Source: Acidobacteriota bacterium
GTDB taxonomy: Bacteria; Acidobacteriota; UBA6911; JACQSX01; JBPCNK01
Length of the DNA stretch: 49,750 nucleotides
Direction: 5' to 3'
NCBI GenBank assembly: GCA_051001345.1
Contig: JBPCNK010000093.1
Coordinates: 1-49,750, forward strand
Part shown: positions 1 to 10,591 of the stretch, one piece after another
Numbering within the stretch: the first letter of the stretch is position 1
Layout of the letters: every line of letters begins with the position of its first letter
Notes under the pieces: generated by a model
Seen by the model: only the letters and a program-made list of their open reading frames with translations
What the model was told of the DNA's origin: nothing
Database searches by the model: none
Translations under genes and position numbers: made by a program

Positions 1-104
1 GTACCCGGTTGGCAACGCCCCTTTTGAACCAGAGAGCAAATCCCTATCAGCGGATTTCGGGTTAATTCGTTTAATTCGTGTAATTCGTGACTGCTTTTGC
101 TTTT
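1..104. repeat. Right part of a nonamer-arm hairpin element (cut by window edge); direct sister of 3696-3875
   Basis: Shares the core CCGGTTGGCAACGCCCCTTTTGAACCAG and the arm TTCGTGTAATTCGTGACTGCTTTTG with 3696-3875. Confidence 0.85.
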
Positions 105-201
105 CCTTTCAACCATTCCGCCATAAACCGTCGCAGCGGGCGATGTGAAGTCGACGTTACCATTACAGAAAACACGGCACAGAGCCGCTGTGCCACTTGG
201 G

Positions 202-1728
202 CTAGGGGGGGGGCGGGAGTCGCGGTCTTACGTTGTAGAAAACCACGTAGCGGCCGATGCGTTCGTGCTGGTAGTGGCGTCCGGATTTCTGGAGTTTTTC
301 CTGAAAGCCGGGCGCCTCGCTCTCCCAGGCGATATAGGAGGGGTTTGGATCCTGGTCGACACGCTGTTTGAATTTCGGGTAGCGCTCTCGGGTGATGTCG
401 AAATAATTGGCCCCGACGAGTTCCTCCTGGGTTTCAAACATCAGTCGATACACGATCCAATAATTGGCGTAAAAATGTTTGAGGCCCTTTTCGCGCGCAA
501 ATCGGATGACGGCCGTATTGGGTTCCGCAAAGATGGTGTTGAAGACCTCGGCGGGAACGGTCACGCTTCCATAGACGGACACTCCCGTGACCAGAATCAT
601 CGCGGTTGCGGCCAGGAGCTTGGATTGCCGCCACAGTTCCCACACAAACCAGGCCAGCACAAGAGACAGGCCCACGCACAGGCTCATCAGGTAACGCGGC
701 TCGGCGGCAAACCACGCAAAAGAGCTGAACGCGAAAATCGGCGGGCAGGAGACAATCACCATTGCCAGCAGCACCTTGCCATTCCGCAACGAGACTCGAT
801 CCCGCACGATCCGAAAGAAAAAAAACAGCAGAGCGCCACCATAAATAAAGACGACGAGCTTCGAGAATACCGGAACGAGATCCACCTGGTGGAAACTCCA
901 GCGAGTGCCGGCCAGTATTGGGAAACCGACCAGAAGGAAATTCTTCAAACCAATCCAGGGATCAAAGAACTTCAGCCCCGCTGAGCCAAAGGGTGGGAGG
1001 TCGAAGTACCGGAAGACAAAAACCCAATAGAGGAGCGAGCCGGCCAAAAAACCGCCTGGAGCCCATAGCAGAGGTCTCCACGCTAGAAGCTTTTTGTTCA
1101 GCAGCAGAAACAGGACGCACGGGGCGATGTAAAAGATGGAAATGTAGTGCGTGTACCAAGCAAAGCCCACGAGTGCTCCCCACCCTGCCCATGCCAAACC
1201 TGAATTCACTTCGCGGCCGCTCAGGCGGCACGTCAGCCACATCAGCAGCGTTCCCAGAAAGAGTGTTTCCGGATGGGGTCCGCGCTCGCGTACGCCCATG
1301 GCGGTCAGGAAAGCGGATGAGAACGATACCAGAGCGACTGCGATCAAACCCACAGCGGTATTGAAGAGTTGCCGGCCTAGAGCAAAGAGACTCGCCGCAA
1401 ATAGAACGAAAAACAGCAGCGGCGCCAGCTTGATACCCAGGAAAGGAGATCCGGTAAGGAGTGTAAACAAACTGATGACGGCCACGCCAAGACAACCCCC
1501 GTACGATTCGCCGGCGATGAAGATGTGAAACTTCCCGTCGCGAAGCAAGTGCAGCGCCATCAAACCAAGATTGGCTTCATCGGAGTCAAACCAGAGATCG
1601 GGATACTTGAGCAGCAAATGAACCCTCAGCACGATCCCGCTCAGGACGAGCAAAATCCAAATGATTGCAGGGCCAAACTTCGCCTGCAGTGCACGGTCCG
1701 GAGGATGGTTGGGCAAAAAGCTAGTCAC
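202..1728 (-). CDS. ArnT/PMT-like (GT-C, GT39/GT83-like) membrane glycosyltransferase
   Basis: N-terminal TM followed by DSDEA..GLMA acidic loop, many TM segments, EPRY motif, YANYW periplasmic tail; start uncertain because the GTG lies in the neighbouring repeat end. Confidence 0.85.
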   Translation of the reverse strand: MTSFLPNHPPDRALQAKFGPAIIWILLVLSGIVLRVHLLLKYPDLWFDSDEANLGLMALHLLRDGKFHIFIAGESYGGCLGVAVISLFTLLTGSPFLGIKLAPLLFFVLFAASLFALGRQLFNTAVGLIAVALVSFSSAFLTAMGVRERGPHPETLFLGTLLMWLTCRLSGREVNSGLAWAGWGALVGFAWYTHYISIFYIAPCVLFLLLNKKLLAWRPLLWAPGGFLAGSLLYWVFVFRYFDLPPFGSAGLKFFDPWIGLKNFLLVGFPILAGTRWSFHQVDLVPVFSKLVVFIYGGALLFFFFRIVRDRVSLRNGKVLLAMVIVSCPPIFAFSSFAWFAAEPRYLMSLCVGLSLVLAWFVWELWRQSKLLAATAMILVTGVSVYGSVTVPAEVFNTIFAEPNTAVIRFAREKGLKHFYANYWIVYRLMFETQEELVGANYFDITRERYPKFKQRVDQDPNPSYIAWESEAPGFQEKLQKSGRHYQHERIGRYVVFYNVRPRLPPPP

Positions 1729-2128
1729 GAATTATCTCTTAAGAAAGTCGCGAGTCGCGAGTGGCGAGTTATCAAAGCCGTGGGCCAGGGCAGCTTTTTG
1801 AAATTGCAAGCCCGGCCCAAGGTACTCGAAGCTGTTCATAGATTCGTGATCATTCGTGAAATTCGTGACTAGCTTTTTCATCCTGTGAATAATCCGAGTA
1901 ACCCGAATTATTCACAAAAAAGAAAAAAGCTAGTCACGAATTATCCGAATTATCCCGAATGACGCGAAACATATCGGCGTCTACCAACTGGTGCCCAAAT
2001 CCATGACCAAGGCAGCCGCTGAATTTGCAAGCCCGGCCGACGGGCGCTCGAAGCCGTTCAGAGATTCGTGTTCATTCGTTTCATTCGTGAAATTCGTGAC
2101 TAGCTTTTTATCCTGTGAATCATCCGGG
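1714..2128. mobile_element. Two head-to-tail nonamer-arm MITE-like elements (1714-1898, 1902-2128)
   Basis: AAAAAGCTAGTCACGAATT ... AATTCGTGACTAGCTTTTT inverted arms, outer TGTGAATAATCCGRG ends, shared core TGCAAGCCCGGCC. Confidence 0.85.
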
Positions 2129-3568
2129 CTAATTCGGCTTGGGAGGCAGAAAGACCTCATAGCTTCCGACGCGTTCGGCCAGAAAATCATTCGGCGGCTT
2201 GATTTCGGCATGCAGGCCCTCGTAACGCGGCGCATTCAGACGGATATAAGCTACTGTTTGGGCGGACTTCACCATCTCCAAATACGGCGGGTAGCGCACC
2301 ACGTCCGCTTCCGGGGGCGTGCAGATGATTTGCTCACCACTCTCAAAAGTCAACCGGTAGGCGACCCAGTACGGAGCGTACGCTCTGGTGACATTGTGCT
2401 GGCGCAGGTAATCGAGGAGCGCTTCGTTCGATTCGACGTTGGTGTAGCCGGTGAAATCCTCAAGTTTCGTCAGAAGGCTGCCGGTTACGTTGAGGGCCAG
2501 AAAAAAGAGACAAAGTCCAATCTGCAGGGCCCTTCTAGAAACGGCGCCCAGAATCAAAATGTAGACGACCGAATAGAGAGGGATGAGATAGCGCGGCTCT
2601 CGAAAAAACCACGCGAATCCACTTGCGGAAAACAGGAGGGGAAAGAAGAAAAAAAACAGTCCCAGCAGATGCCTTCCTTCAAGATTGGCTGGACCGACGT
2701 TTCGAAACCACTTCCACAACAGAGTGGCGACACACCCCAGCAGGATTCCCAGTACTAGAAAGCCTGCAAGGGGGAAAAAATCGGCCCCACCCCAATTGCG
2801 CCGGGCTCCAAGGAAAATAGGAACGGCCGTTCCGAAAAAGTTCAGAAAATCCGAAAGAAATTCGGTCTGTTGTCCTCCTTCCATTCTCAAGGACGCCCAC
2901 GAATGGGAAAGGTTGTACATCCAGAAGGGCAGGCTGCCGAAGAGAAGGCCCCCCAGAAAAACCATCCCGGTGGCCGAGAGTAGCCGCCGTTCGTTCTTAA
3001 GCAGGAGAACGACGAGAATCGGGACGATGTAGACGATCGACAGAAAATGTGTCCACCAGGCCAAACCAAGGAGAAGTCCCAGGTAAGCCGCTTTGCGATG
3101 AGAGTAGCCTTCATTGAGCATCCTGGCGGCAACCAGAAGCGCCATCGTGCCCAGGACCAGAAGGGCCATGTACCCGCCGCGGGATTTGAGGCTCCAGATG
3201 TTGAGGAACGCCGGCGAAACGGCCACCAGCGCTGTGGCCAGAAGGGCGGTTTGGCGATTGACCGCGGCAGAGGCCAGTAAATAGTGGACAACGACAAAGG
3301 CGCAAAGAAGAACAAAAGGTACCAGCTTCAACACAAGTACTGTGGCGCCGAAGATTGCGAAAAAAGCAGCGGTCAGAAAGGGCTCAATGGTGCCCATGTA
3401 ATTCTGGCCGTAATAAAAAATGGGCAGTTCACCCCGCAGGATATGCCGGCCCATCAGACCCACAATCGCCTCGTCGGATTCGATAAGGGCGGATTGGAAT
3501 TTGACGATCAGGTAGATCCGGGGAAGAAGAATTCCCAGGACCAGTCCGGAAATCCAGAGCGGGCGCAT
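2129..3568 (-). CDS. ArnT/PMT-like membrane glycosyltransferase (paralog of 202-1728)
   Basis: ESDEAIVGLMG loop, EPRYL, YAPYWVAYRL; ATG at 3568 preceded by TATAAT; the longer ORF extension is repeat-derived. Confidence 0.88.
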   Translation of the reverse strand: MRPLWISGLVLGILLPRIYLIVKFQSALIESDEAIVGLMGRHILRGELPIFYYGQNYMGTIEPFLTAAFFAIFGATVLVLKLVPFVLLCAFVVVHYLLASAAVNRQTALLATALVAVSPAFLNIWSLKSRGGYMALLVLGTMALLVAARMLNEGYSHRKAAYLGLLLGLAWWTHFLSIVYIVPILVVLLLKNERRLLSATGMVFLGGLLFGSLPFWMYNLSHSWASLRMEGGQQTEFLSDFLNFFGTAVPIFLGARRNWGGADFFPLAGFLVLGILLGCVATLLWKWFRNVGPANLEGRHLLGLFFFFFPLLFSASGFAWFFREPRYLIPLYSVVYILILGAVSRRALQIGLCLFFLALNVTGSLLTKLEDFTGYTNVESNEALLDYLRQHNVTRAYAPYWVAYRLTFESGEQIICTPPEADVVRYPPYLEMVKSAQTVAYIRLNAPRYEGLHAEIKPPNDFLAERVGSYEVFLPPKPN

Positions 3569-3583
3569 GCGGCGAATTATATC

Positions 3584-4020
3584 CCGTATGCCGAGGCCGT
3601 ATGCCGCAAGCCGTATGCCGTATGCCGCAGGCCGTATGCCGGGAGTAGGCGGACGACGGAGCACTAACAGAGCTGCAACGGTTTGTCGCTGCCGTATTGA
3701 AAAGAAAAACAAAAGCAGTCACGAATTACACGAATGAACACGAATTACTCGAACGCTCGAAGATCGATCGTATCCGGTTGGCAACGCCCCTTTTGAACCA
3801 GGGCGTAAATCCCCTTCAGCGGATTCGTGTTAATTCGTTTCATTCGTGTAATTCGTGACTGCTTTTGTTTTCAATCAGGCAGGCATAAAGGCAGGACCTT
3901 CTAGCGAGCCGGCCACGTCCACGTGCACGAGCACGTCAAGGTCCGCCCGGAGCTTCCAAAGGCTAAGTCAACTGCGGCATACGGCATACGGCCTGCGGCA
4001 CGCGGCATACGGCATACGGC
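3584..4020. repeat. Inverted GCCGTAT/ATACGGC heptamer arrays (3584-3641 and 3973-4020) enclosing a nonamer-arm element (3696-3875)
   Basis: Tandem 7-mers visible on opposite strands; inner element ATTGAAAAGAAAAACAAAAGCAGTCACGAATT...AATTCGTGACTGCTTTTGTTTTCAAT. Confidence 0.9.
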
Positions 4021-4021
4021 T

Positions 4022-6856
4022 CTACTGCCGCACGCCCATGGCCTGGTGGATACCCAAACGACCGGAGAACTTCATGGTGCGCTCGACGACGACGGGCTGG
4101 TCGGAGGTCACCTGGGTGCTGACGGATGTTCCCGGGATGCCAGGAACCGTGTTTACGTGCACCGTCAAACGTCTCTTTGGAGCCAGCGCAAAGTTTTGTG
4201 TGACCGTGGTTCCGTTTTGCTGCAAGAAATCCATCGTAATGTTGGCGGTTTGGCTTCCAGGATTGCTGACGATCACCCAGGTTTCAAATCCGAACGCCGT
4301 AAATCCTTCGGCCAGATTCCAGACAAAGGCGGTGGTGGGAGAGCCGATCGAATCACCGACGTCCGTCCCTGAGAACATCAGCCGTTCGGCCACGATTGGG
4401 TTGTCGGAAAGCACTTCCATGGAGAACCGCACGCCTGCGCCGACCTCGCTGGCCGCGTTGACAGTCAGGCGGCGTTCGGCCGAAATGGTATAGGTTCTGG
4501 GAATCACCGTCCCGCTTTCGAGCATGTAATTGACCGTGACGGTGGCGGCCGAAAAACCGGGATTGAACATCTCCAGACGCGCAGTCACCGGGGCGAGGCT
4601 GGTCAGAGACGAAGTGTCCCCTTCCGCGAAATACCAGGTCTGACTTGTGGAAACCGCGCCAATCCCTCCGGCGCCGCCAATGCGATTGTTGATGTAATAG
4701 GCCCGCTCCGCCGCAATCGGCAGTGTTGATTCCAAACGAACCGATACGCGGTTCCCCTGCGTGACGCCATGCACGGGAATAGTAAAGCGGCTGTTTGCCG
4801 CTACAGGAAAGCTTTGGACGGAGGGTGCCTGGCTCTCGAAGAAGAAGGTTGCCGTAACCGTAGTTGCCGACGAGGCAGACGGGTTTACGATCAGGATGAA
4901 ATCCTCTTCGCCCAAGAAAGTGTAGTTGGCTGGAAAGTACCACGTTCTGTTTGTTCCAATCGCCCCGCTGCTGTTGTGAGCGCCGGCGTTGGCGCTAAAG
5001 TACATAGCCCGTTCCACGATGATGGGCAAACTGGCAGTGACTCGGGTGCTCACACTGAACACACCAGGCACTCCTTTGATGGGATCGTGGATCGGAACCG
5101 TAAGCCGAGTTCGAGCGGGAACGACCTCGCTGTGAAGCTTGGTCGTGCCGTCTTGGCGAAAAAACGTAAAATCCACCGTTACAGGCGAGAAATTGGGATT
5201 CTGGACTAGAGCGTAGGCTTCGAACCCCACCGTGCTTCCCTCGGCCAGAAACCAGGAAGTGCTCACTTCGGGAATAGTATTGTTCACTCCGAAAGAGCCC
5301 GTCACCGCCGCTGCGCTATTGCCCCGAATTCGGAAAGTGTACATCCCATCGTTGGCCAGCCATCCAGATGACGTAATTCCATTCCAGGCGACCGTGTGGG
5401 TCCCGGCGCTCAAACTGGAGCTGACCAGGGGCTGGGCGATCGCCGTGCCGTTGCGGTCCAGGATTTCGACCGTCACGCTATTGGATCCGGTGATCGTGAA
5501 CTGGAACGTGAGTAGGTCGTTGATGCTGTCGCCATTGGGCGAAATGACAAACGGTAAGGCGCTCACTCCGGAAATCAGAATCGGAATTAACGTCCCTGAC
5601 GGATAGACGAATTGCGCGAGCTGGACATCGTCGGTCCGCACCGACGCTCCCCGGCCGTCGCCATGGGCACGGAAATACATCAGCGCATCGCTCAACAGGA
5701 AGTTGCCTTCCGCGGGATTCTCCGAGGAATGTCCAAACCCGAGTGTATGTCCCACTTCGTGACCGCAAACCTCGGCGAGGCTGCTTGCGATCCCCAGGAC
5801 GCAGCTAAAATTGTCGTTGAATACGATGTCGGCTTGAATCAACTGCCGGAAGTTGACACCGTTGACTACTTTGTTGGGAGCGCTGAAGAACTGGATGTAG
5901 GCTACGGCAAGGGTTCCTGAGCACCCCACAGGGTCTTGAATAATCTCCTGGGGGTCGTTAAAGGTAATCACGTTGACCCCGTCGTTGAAGTCGCGGCCGC
6001 TTAGCGCCGTCGTGCCGCCGTTGACCAACGATATGCGGGCTCCGGAGATCGTGTTCCAAGCTTGCAGTGCCTGGTCGACGGTCGACAGGGTGGCCGAGGT
6101 ACTGCCCAAGGGGGAATTGGTAGGATTTACACGGAACGTAACAGAGCCTAAAACCGGAGCGTCAAAGTCATGCCAGCGTACTCCCCCGAGAGTGAGCACA
6201 TTGAACTTTGTCCCGGGTTCACTCCCTTTGTCCGCGCTTACGGCCGTGTCGCTGACACCCTGCAGGGAGAATCGAGAAAAACGCTCCCATCCGGCGGGTT
6301 CCAACTCAGTCGCGAATACACCCAAGACAGGCGTGGGTGTGGCGCGAGTCCGCTCCTCAATGTCTCGTAACGTTGCAAAGCGCCGCACCTCTCGGTTGCC
6401 AATGACGACGTCGTCCGGTCTCTCCTGCCGCAGGGCGCCGAAAGGAAGTACGGCGAACTTTCCCTGAAACAGGTGCGCGACGCGGAAGAAACCATTGGGG
6501 TGAAGCTTCAAAAAAACAACCACGTCCTCCCCGATTTCAAATTCGGGAGCCCCAAAAGCCCATCCCGAGACGCCCTGAAATTTGCCCCCGGGCTCCCTCA
6601 AATAGATGGTTGTTCCTGGAGCTAACCCACGGAGAAAGTCGCGTGCTACTTCAATTGCGATGAAGCTGTCGATGTTTCCGTTATCGTCCAGCGTGCTTTG
6701 AATGGACGAGATGCGGCCTTGCACGACCGCGTCGGCAGAGGAGACCAATTGATCCCGTGACAGGAGAACAAAACTGCTGGCGAAACCAAAGGAGCAGGAA
6801 AAGAGGAGGGAAAGGGCTAGACCAAGTGACCGTATGCCGTATGCCGTATGCCGCAT
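4022..6856 (-). CDS. Secreted matrixin-like (M10/metzincin) metalloprotease with FlgD-Ig-like domain and repeated WYFAEG (DUF5719-like) C-terminal domains
   Basis: Signal peptide; HEVGHTLGFGH zinc motif and ALMY Met-turn; SPNGD...WNG...DGMYTF FlgD-Ig pattern; four W(F/Y)(L/F)AEG-like units each ending in V(A/V)ER. Confidence 0.85.
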   Translation of the reverse strand: MRHTAYGIRSLGLALSLLFSCSFGFASSFVLLSRDQLVSSADAVVQGRISSIQSTLDDNGNIDSFIAIEVARDFLRGLAPGTTIYLREPGGKFQGVSGWAFGAPEFEIGEDVVVFLKLHPNGFFRVAHLFQGKFAVLPFGALRQERPDDVVIGNREVRRFATLRDIEERTRATPTPVLGVFATELEPAGWERFSRFSLQGVSDTAVSADKGSEPGTKFNVLTLGGVRWHDFDAPVLGSVTFRVNPTNSPLGSTSATLSTVDQALQAWNTISGARISLVNGGTTALSGRDFNDGVNVITFNDPQEIIQDPVGCSGTLAVAYIQFFSAPNKVVNGVNFRQLIQADIVFNDNFSCVLGIASSLAEVCGHEVGHTLGFGHSSENPAEGNFLLSDALMYFRAHGDGRGASVRTDDVQLAQFVYPSGTLIPILISGVSALPFVISPNGDSINDLLTFQFTITGSNSVTVEILDRNGTAIAQPLVSSSLSAGTHTVAWNGITSSGWLANDGMYTFRIRGNSAAAVTGSFGVNNTIPEVSTSWFLAEGSTVGFEAYALVQNPNFSPVTVDFTFFRQDGTTKLHSEVVPARTRLTVPIHDPIKGVPGVFSVSTRVTASLPIIVERAMYFSANAGAHNSSGAIGTNRTWYFPANYTFLGEEDFILIVNPSASSATTVTATFFFESQAPSVQSFPVAANSRFTIPVHGVTQGNRVSVRLESTLPIAAERAYYINNRIGGAGGIGAVSTSQTWYFAEGDTSSLTSLAPVTARLEMFNPGFSAATVTVNYMLESGTVIPRTYTISAERRLTVNAASEVGAGVRFSMEVLSDNPIVAERLMFSGTDVGDSIGSPTTAFVWNLAEGFTAFGFETWVIVSNPGSQTANITMDFLQQNGTTVTQNFALAPKRRLTVHVNTVPGIPGTSVSTQVTSDQPVVVERTMKFSGRLGIHQAMGVRQ

Positions 6857-7113
6857 TGCCGCATTCGGGTCATTCGTCTTCATTCGGGTCATTCGTGGCT
6901 GTTTTTGCTTTTCAGGCCACAGGGGAAAGCTCTCTCAGCTCCCCGAGTACGTGCCGGGAGTATTCATGAACTTTGATCGCCACACCGATGAACACCATCG
7001 GACGGAAGGTGTGCCCGGCATACGGCCCGCGGCATACGGTTGGCAACGCCACTTTTTGAGCCAGCGGGCCTGCGGCATACGGCCCGCGGCATACGGCATA
7101 CGGCCTACGGTCA
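6827..7113. repeat. Inverted GCCGTAT heptamer arms (6827-6863, 7015-7113) plus a half nonamer arm (6863-6912)
   Basis: GTGACCGTATGCCGTATGCCGTATGCCGC at 6827 matches the reverse complement of the 7113 end. Confidence 0.85.
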
Positions 7114-10100
7114 CTACCGTACCCCCATGGCCTGGTGGATGCCCAGCCGGCTTGCAAACCGCATCGTGCGCTCGACAACGACGGGCTGGCTGGAAGTAAC
7201 CTGCGTGCTGACGGATGTTCCCCCGATGCCAGGAACCGTATTTACGTGCACCGTCAAACGTCTTTTTGAAGCCAGCGTAAAGTTTTGTGTGACCGTGGTT
7301 CCGTCTTGCTTCAAGAAATCCATCGTAATGTTGGCAGTTTGGTTTCCAGGATTGCTGACGATCACCCACGTTTCGAAACCGAAAGCGGTGAATCCTTCCG
7401 CCAGGTTCCATACAAACGCCGTGGTCGGCGATCCGATGGAATCCCCAACATCGGAACCGGAAAACATGAGGCGTTCGGCCACGATGGGATTGTTGGCCAG
7501 CACTTCGATCGAAAATCGTACGTTGGGACCAACTTGGTTGGAAAGATCAAGAGTGAGGCGTCGCTTCCCGTCGATGATGTAATTCCTGGTGATGACGGTC
7601 CCGTCCTCGATCATATAGTTGGCCGTGATGGTGGCGACCAGATCCCCGGGATTGAACATTTCCAGGAAGGTGGCAGCTGGAATTGTCGTGGGAGAAAAGA
7701 GATTTGAAGTGTCCCCTTCCGCAAAGTACCACGACAGGCTCGGCGAAACGGCCCCAATTCCACCCGCTCCGCCCGCACGATTGCCCACGTAGAAAGCTCG
7801 CTCTGCCGCAATCGGCAGGGTCGATTGCAATGAGACAGAAGCCCGAGTTCCAGCCGCGATCACACCGTGCACCGCGATGGTGAATCGGCTGTTGGCGGCG
7901 ACTGGATAATTCACTACCTGAGGGTTTAGACCCTCTTGAATGAAAGTTGCCGCAACCGTTGTCGATGACACAGTGGATGGATTGACGATGAGAATGAAAT
8001 CCTCATCGCCGGCGAAGGCGCGGTTTGCCGGGAAGTACCAACTTCTGTTGGTCGAGGTGACGCCGCTGCTGTTGTGGGCGCCGCGGTTGCCATTAAAATA
8101 CATGGCCCGCTCCACCAGAATGGGGGCGCTGGCCTGGACCTGAGTACTCACACTGAAAACATTGGGGACACCCTTGATGGGGTCATGAATGGGAACGGTG
8201 AGACGTGTTCGAGCAGGAATAATCTCGCTGTGGAATTTGCTCGTACCGTCCTGTCGGAAGAAGGTGAAATCCACCACAACCGATGAGAAATTTGGATTCT
8301 GGACCAAAACATACGCCTCAAAGCCGACCGTACTCCCTTCAGCCAGAAACCAGGACGTACTGGCTTCGGGAACCGTGTTGTTCAGGCCGAAAGAACCCAG
8401 AACGGGCGCCGCGCTATTGCCGCGGATGCGAAACGTATACATGCCATCGACGGCCAGAGCGCCGGATGAATTGTTCCCATTCCAAGTGACGTTGTGGGTG
8501 CCGGCGATCCTGCTTGTGGCGTTGAGCGGAACGGCGATGATGGACCCTGTGCGGTCCAGAATGTCCACCGTGATCGTGTCGGTGCTTGCCAGCGTAAACC
8601 GAATCGTCTCGGTGTCTGCAATCCCGTCACCGTTTGGTGAAAAAATAAACGGGCTGGCCGTGGCGGCCGAGATCAACGCGCTTCCACCGGTGCTGGCCGC
8701 CGTGTCATTGGTCGATCCTGTTCCGCGATTGCTGCGATGGAAGCGAGCCCAGGGAGCGGTACTCTGAGACACACCTGTTTGACCTAGAGGTGCGGTCCCT
8801 GCGGGGCCCGTTTCGTGATAGACCTTGACGAAGCCAATGTTGGCGGGGGCCGCATGGACACCGTCGGTACCTTCACGACCGGTTCCTATAAGCAGTTCAA
8901 TCAAACCGTCGCCGTCGACGTCGGCAATAGTCGGAGTACTCCAGGTGAAGACAGGCGGAAAGGGAACCACACCTTCTCCGGTGTAGATCGAGTACTTTAG
9001 AACCCCGGTCGCGGCATTGAATGCATTGAGATGAAAACCGCCGCCAATGACGACATCCATGGTCCCGTCTCCGTCAATGTCGCCGACGACTGGGGAGCTT
9101 AAGAAGGCAAAACTGGCCGAGTTGCCCACCTGCGGAGTCTGGCTCCAGCGGATTGTTCCATTGGAGTTTATGCAATGAAGAAATCCGAACATGTCGCCGA
9201 CGAAGGTTTCCAGGGTTCCATTTGCGTCGATGTCAGCCAGGGCTGGAGATCCGTAAACACGGTTATCGGTCGACAAATTGCCGTCGGACAGGCTGGCCGG
9301 CCAACCGGTCACCTTGGCGCCGTTGGCTTCGTAGGCGCTCACGTACTCTCCGGGATGCTTGGTCGCTGGCGCGCTGCCGGCGTAAAAGATGCCCGAGCCA
9401 ATCACGATTTCCAACAGGCCGTCGTTGTCAATGTCGCCAATGGCGGGGGACGATTGCAGGATCTGGTCGACGAATTGGGGCCAACCGGACATCTGCTCGC
9501 CGGTGTTCCGAAAAACCCGCAAAAGTCCTCCCGCCGGAACAGTCGAGTCGCAACCAATCACAATTTCCAATGTACCGTCCCGGTTCAGATCGGCCACAGC
9601 CGGCGAAGACCACACTGTATCCGTATTATCGAAGGGCCAGCCGGGGTAGACAGTACCGTTCTCAGCGTTCCAAACCCAGATTAGATGAGAGAAGGCGCCG
9701 ACGATGACTTCGAAATTCCCGTCGCCATCGATGTCGGCTACCGCAGGGGAACTGTGGACTCCATAGTTCCCGTCTCCAGTTGAGACCCCGGTAAACTTTG
9801 GCCATCCGGAAAGAGCGACTCCCACGTTGTTGTAGCCGTAGACCCAGCCGTCTCCGGAGCCGACAAAGATTTCAAGGTTTCCGTCGGCGTTAATATCGAC
9901 CAGAGCCGGCGTGGAGTTCACCTTATCGTTGTAGGCCCTGTGGATGCCACCAGTTGGGGTGGCGCTTCGGTTCGGGAGCGAAACGGGAAAGCCGGCAATC
10001 TCGACACCGCTGGGGTTCCAGGCATGCAGGAAGCCGTTGCCGTCCCCTACTACTGTGATCATCTGACTGCTGGAGGCAAACAATTTTCCAACAGCGATTC

Positions 10101-10227
10101 CGGGATGCTGTATCCATCTGGCGGCGCCTGTAAACGTTTGGTTGCTGGTGATGCCTGCGGAAACCATTAGAGCCGCTGTACTAAGCGAGAAGATAAGTAG
10201 AAGGACGATGGACTTTTTCGGGATCAT
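7114..10227 (-). CDS. Secreted FG-GAP/VCBS beta-propeller protein with the same FlgD-Ig + WYFAEG C-terminal module
   Basis: Signal peptide; repeated SSPA(V/I/L)(A/G)DID(G/N)DGxLE(I/V) and GWP motifs; C-terminal ~520 aa clearly homologous to 4022-6856. Confidence 0.88.
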   Translation of the reverse strand: MIPKKSIVLLLIFSLSTAALMVSAGITSNQTFTGAARWIQHPGIAVGKLFASSSQMITVVGDGNGFLHAWNPSGVEIAGFPVSLPNRSATPTGGIHRAYNDKVNSTPALVDINADGNLEIFVGSGDGWVYGYNNVGVALSGWPKFTGVSTGDGNYGVHSSPAVADIDGDGNFEVIVGAFSHLIWVWNAENGTVYPGWPFDNTDTVWSSPAVADLNRDGTLEIVIGCDSTVPAGGLLRVFRNTGEQMSGWPQFVDQILQSSPAIGDIDNDGLLEIVIGSGIFYAGSAPATKHPGEYVSAYEANGAKVTGWPASLSDGNLSTDNRVYGSPALADIDANGTLETFVGDMFGFLHCINSNGTIRWSQTPQVGNSASFAFLSSPVVGDIDGDGTMDVVIGGGFHLNAFNAATGVLKYSIYTGEGVVPFPPVFTWSTPTIADVDGDGLIELLIGTGREGTDGVHAAPANIGFVKVYHETGPAGTAPLGQTGVSQSTAPWARFHRSNRGTGSTNDTAASTGGSALISAATASPFIFSPNGDGIADTETIRFTLASTDTITVDILDRTGSIIAVPLNATSRIAGTHNVTWNGNNSSGALAVDGMYTFRIRGNSAAPVLGSFGLNNTVPEASTSWFLAEGSTVGFEAYVLVQNPNFSSVVVDFTFFRQDGTSKFHSEIIPARTRLTVPIHDPIKGVPNVFSVSTQVQASAPILVERAMYFNGNRGAHNSSGVTSTNRSWYFPANRAFAGDEDFILIVNPSTVSSTTVAATFIQEGLNPQVVNYPVAANSRFTIAVHGVIAAGTRASVSLQSTLPIAAERAFYVGNRAGGAGGIGAVSPSLSWYFAEGDTSNLFSPTTIPAATFLEMFNPGDLVATITANYMIEDGTVITRNYIIDGKRRLTLDLSNQVGPNVRFSIEVLANNPIVAERLMFSGSDVGDSIGSPTTAFVWNLAEGFTAFGFETWVIVSNPGNQTANITMDFLKQDGTTVTQNFTLASKRRLTVHVNTVPGIGGTSVSTQVTSSQPVVVERTMRFASRLGIHQAMGVR

Positions 10228-10591
10228 ATTCTGCTTTTTCTTTCTGAAAGGTTTTTGGGCCGAGGCGTTAAGAGTAGCAGGAAACGTCGCGCGATTCGGT
10301 AAGCAAAGTCACAGTGAATTGTACCATGGTTGGCCCGTTTCAAAATTGCCGGGGCACGTGATCGGCAATCGTAAATGCCTGATTCAGTGGGATCTGCCAG
10401 AAATCGGTGACGCGTAGAATAAGACTTCGGGTCCGCAGCAGCCTGTCGATTTTCAAAGCGACTTTTCGTCGGCCCCGCGCCGTGTATTACTAATCGGTGA
10501 AACCTTGTTATTTCAGCAAACATTTCCGATCCCGCCTCCTAAATCTACCGGCCCGCGACCTTCCGGTCGCGGCTCTGCCAGCGCGGCCGCA

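Noticed and set aside
4022-7490. DGR template/variable repeat pair in the duplicated C-termini
   Set aside because: Both copies are coding, differences look mostly synonymous and not adenine-specific, and no reverse transcriptase is present
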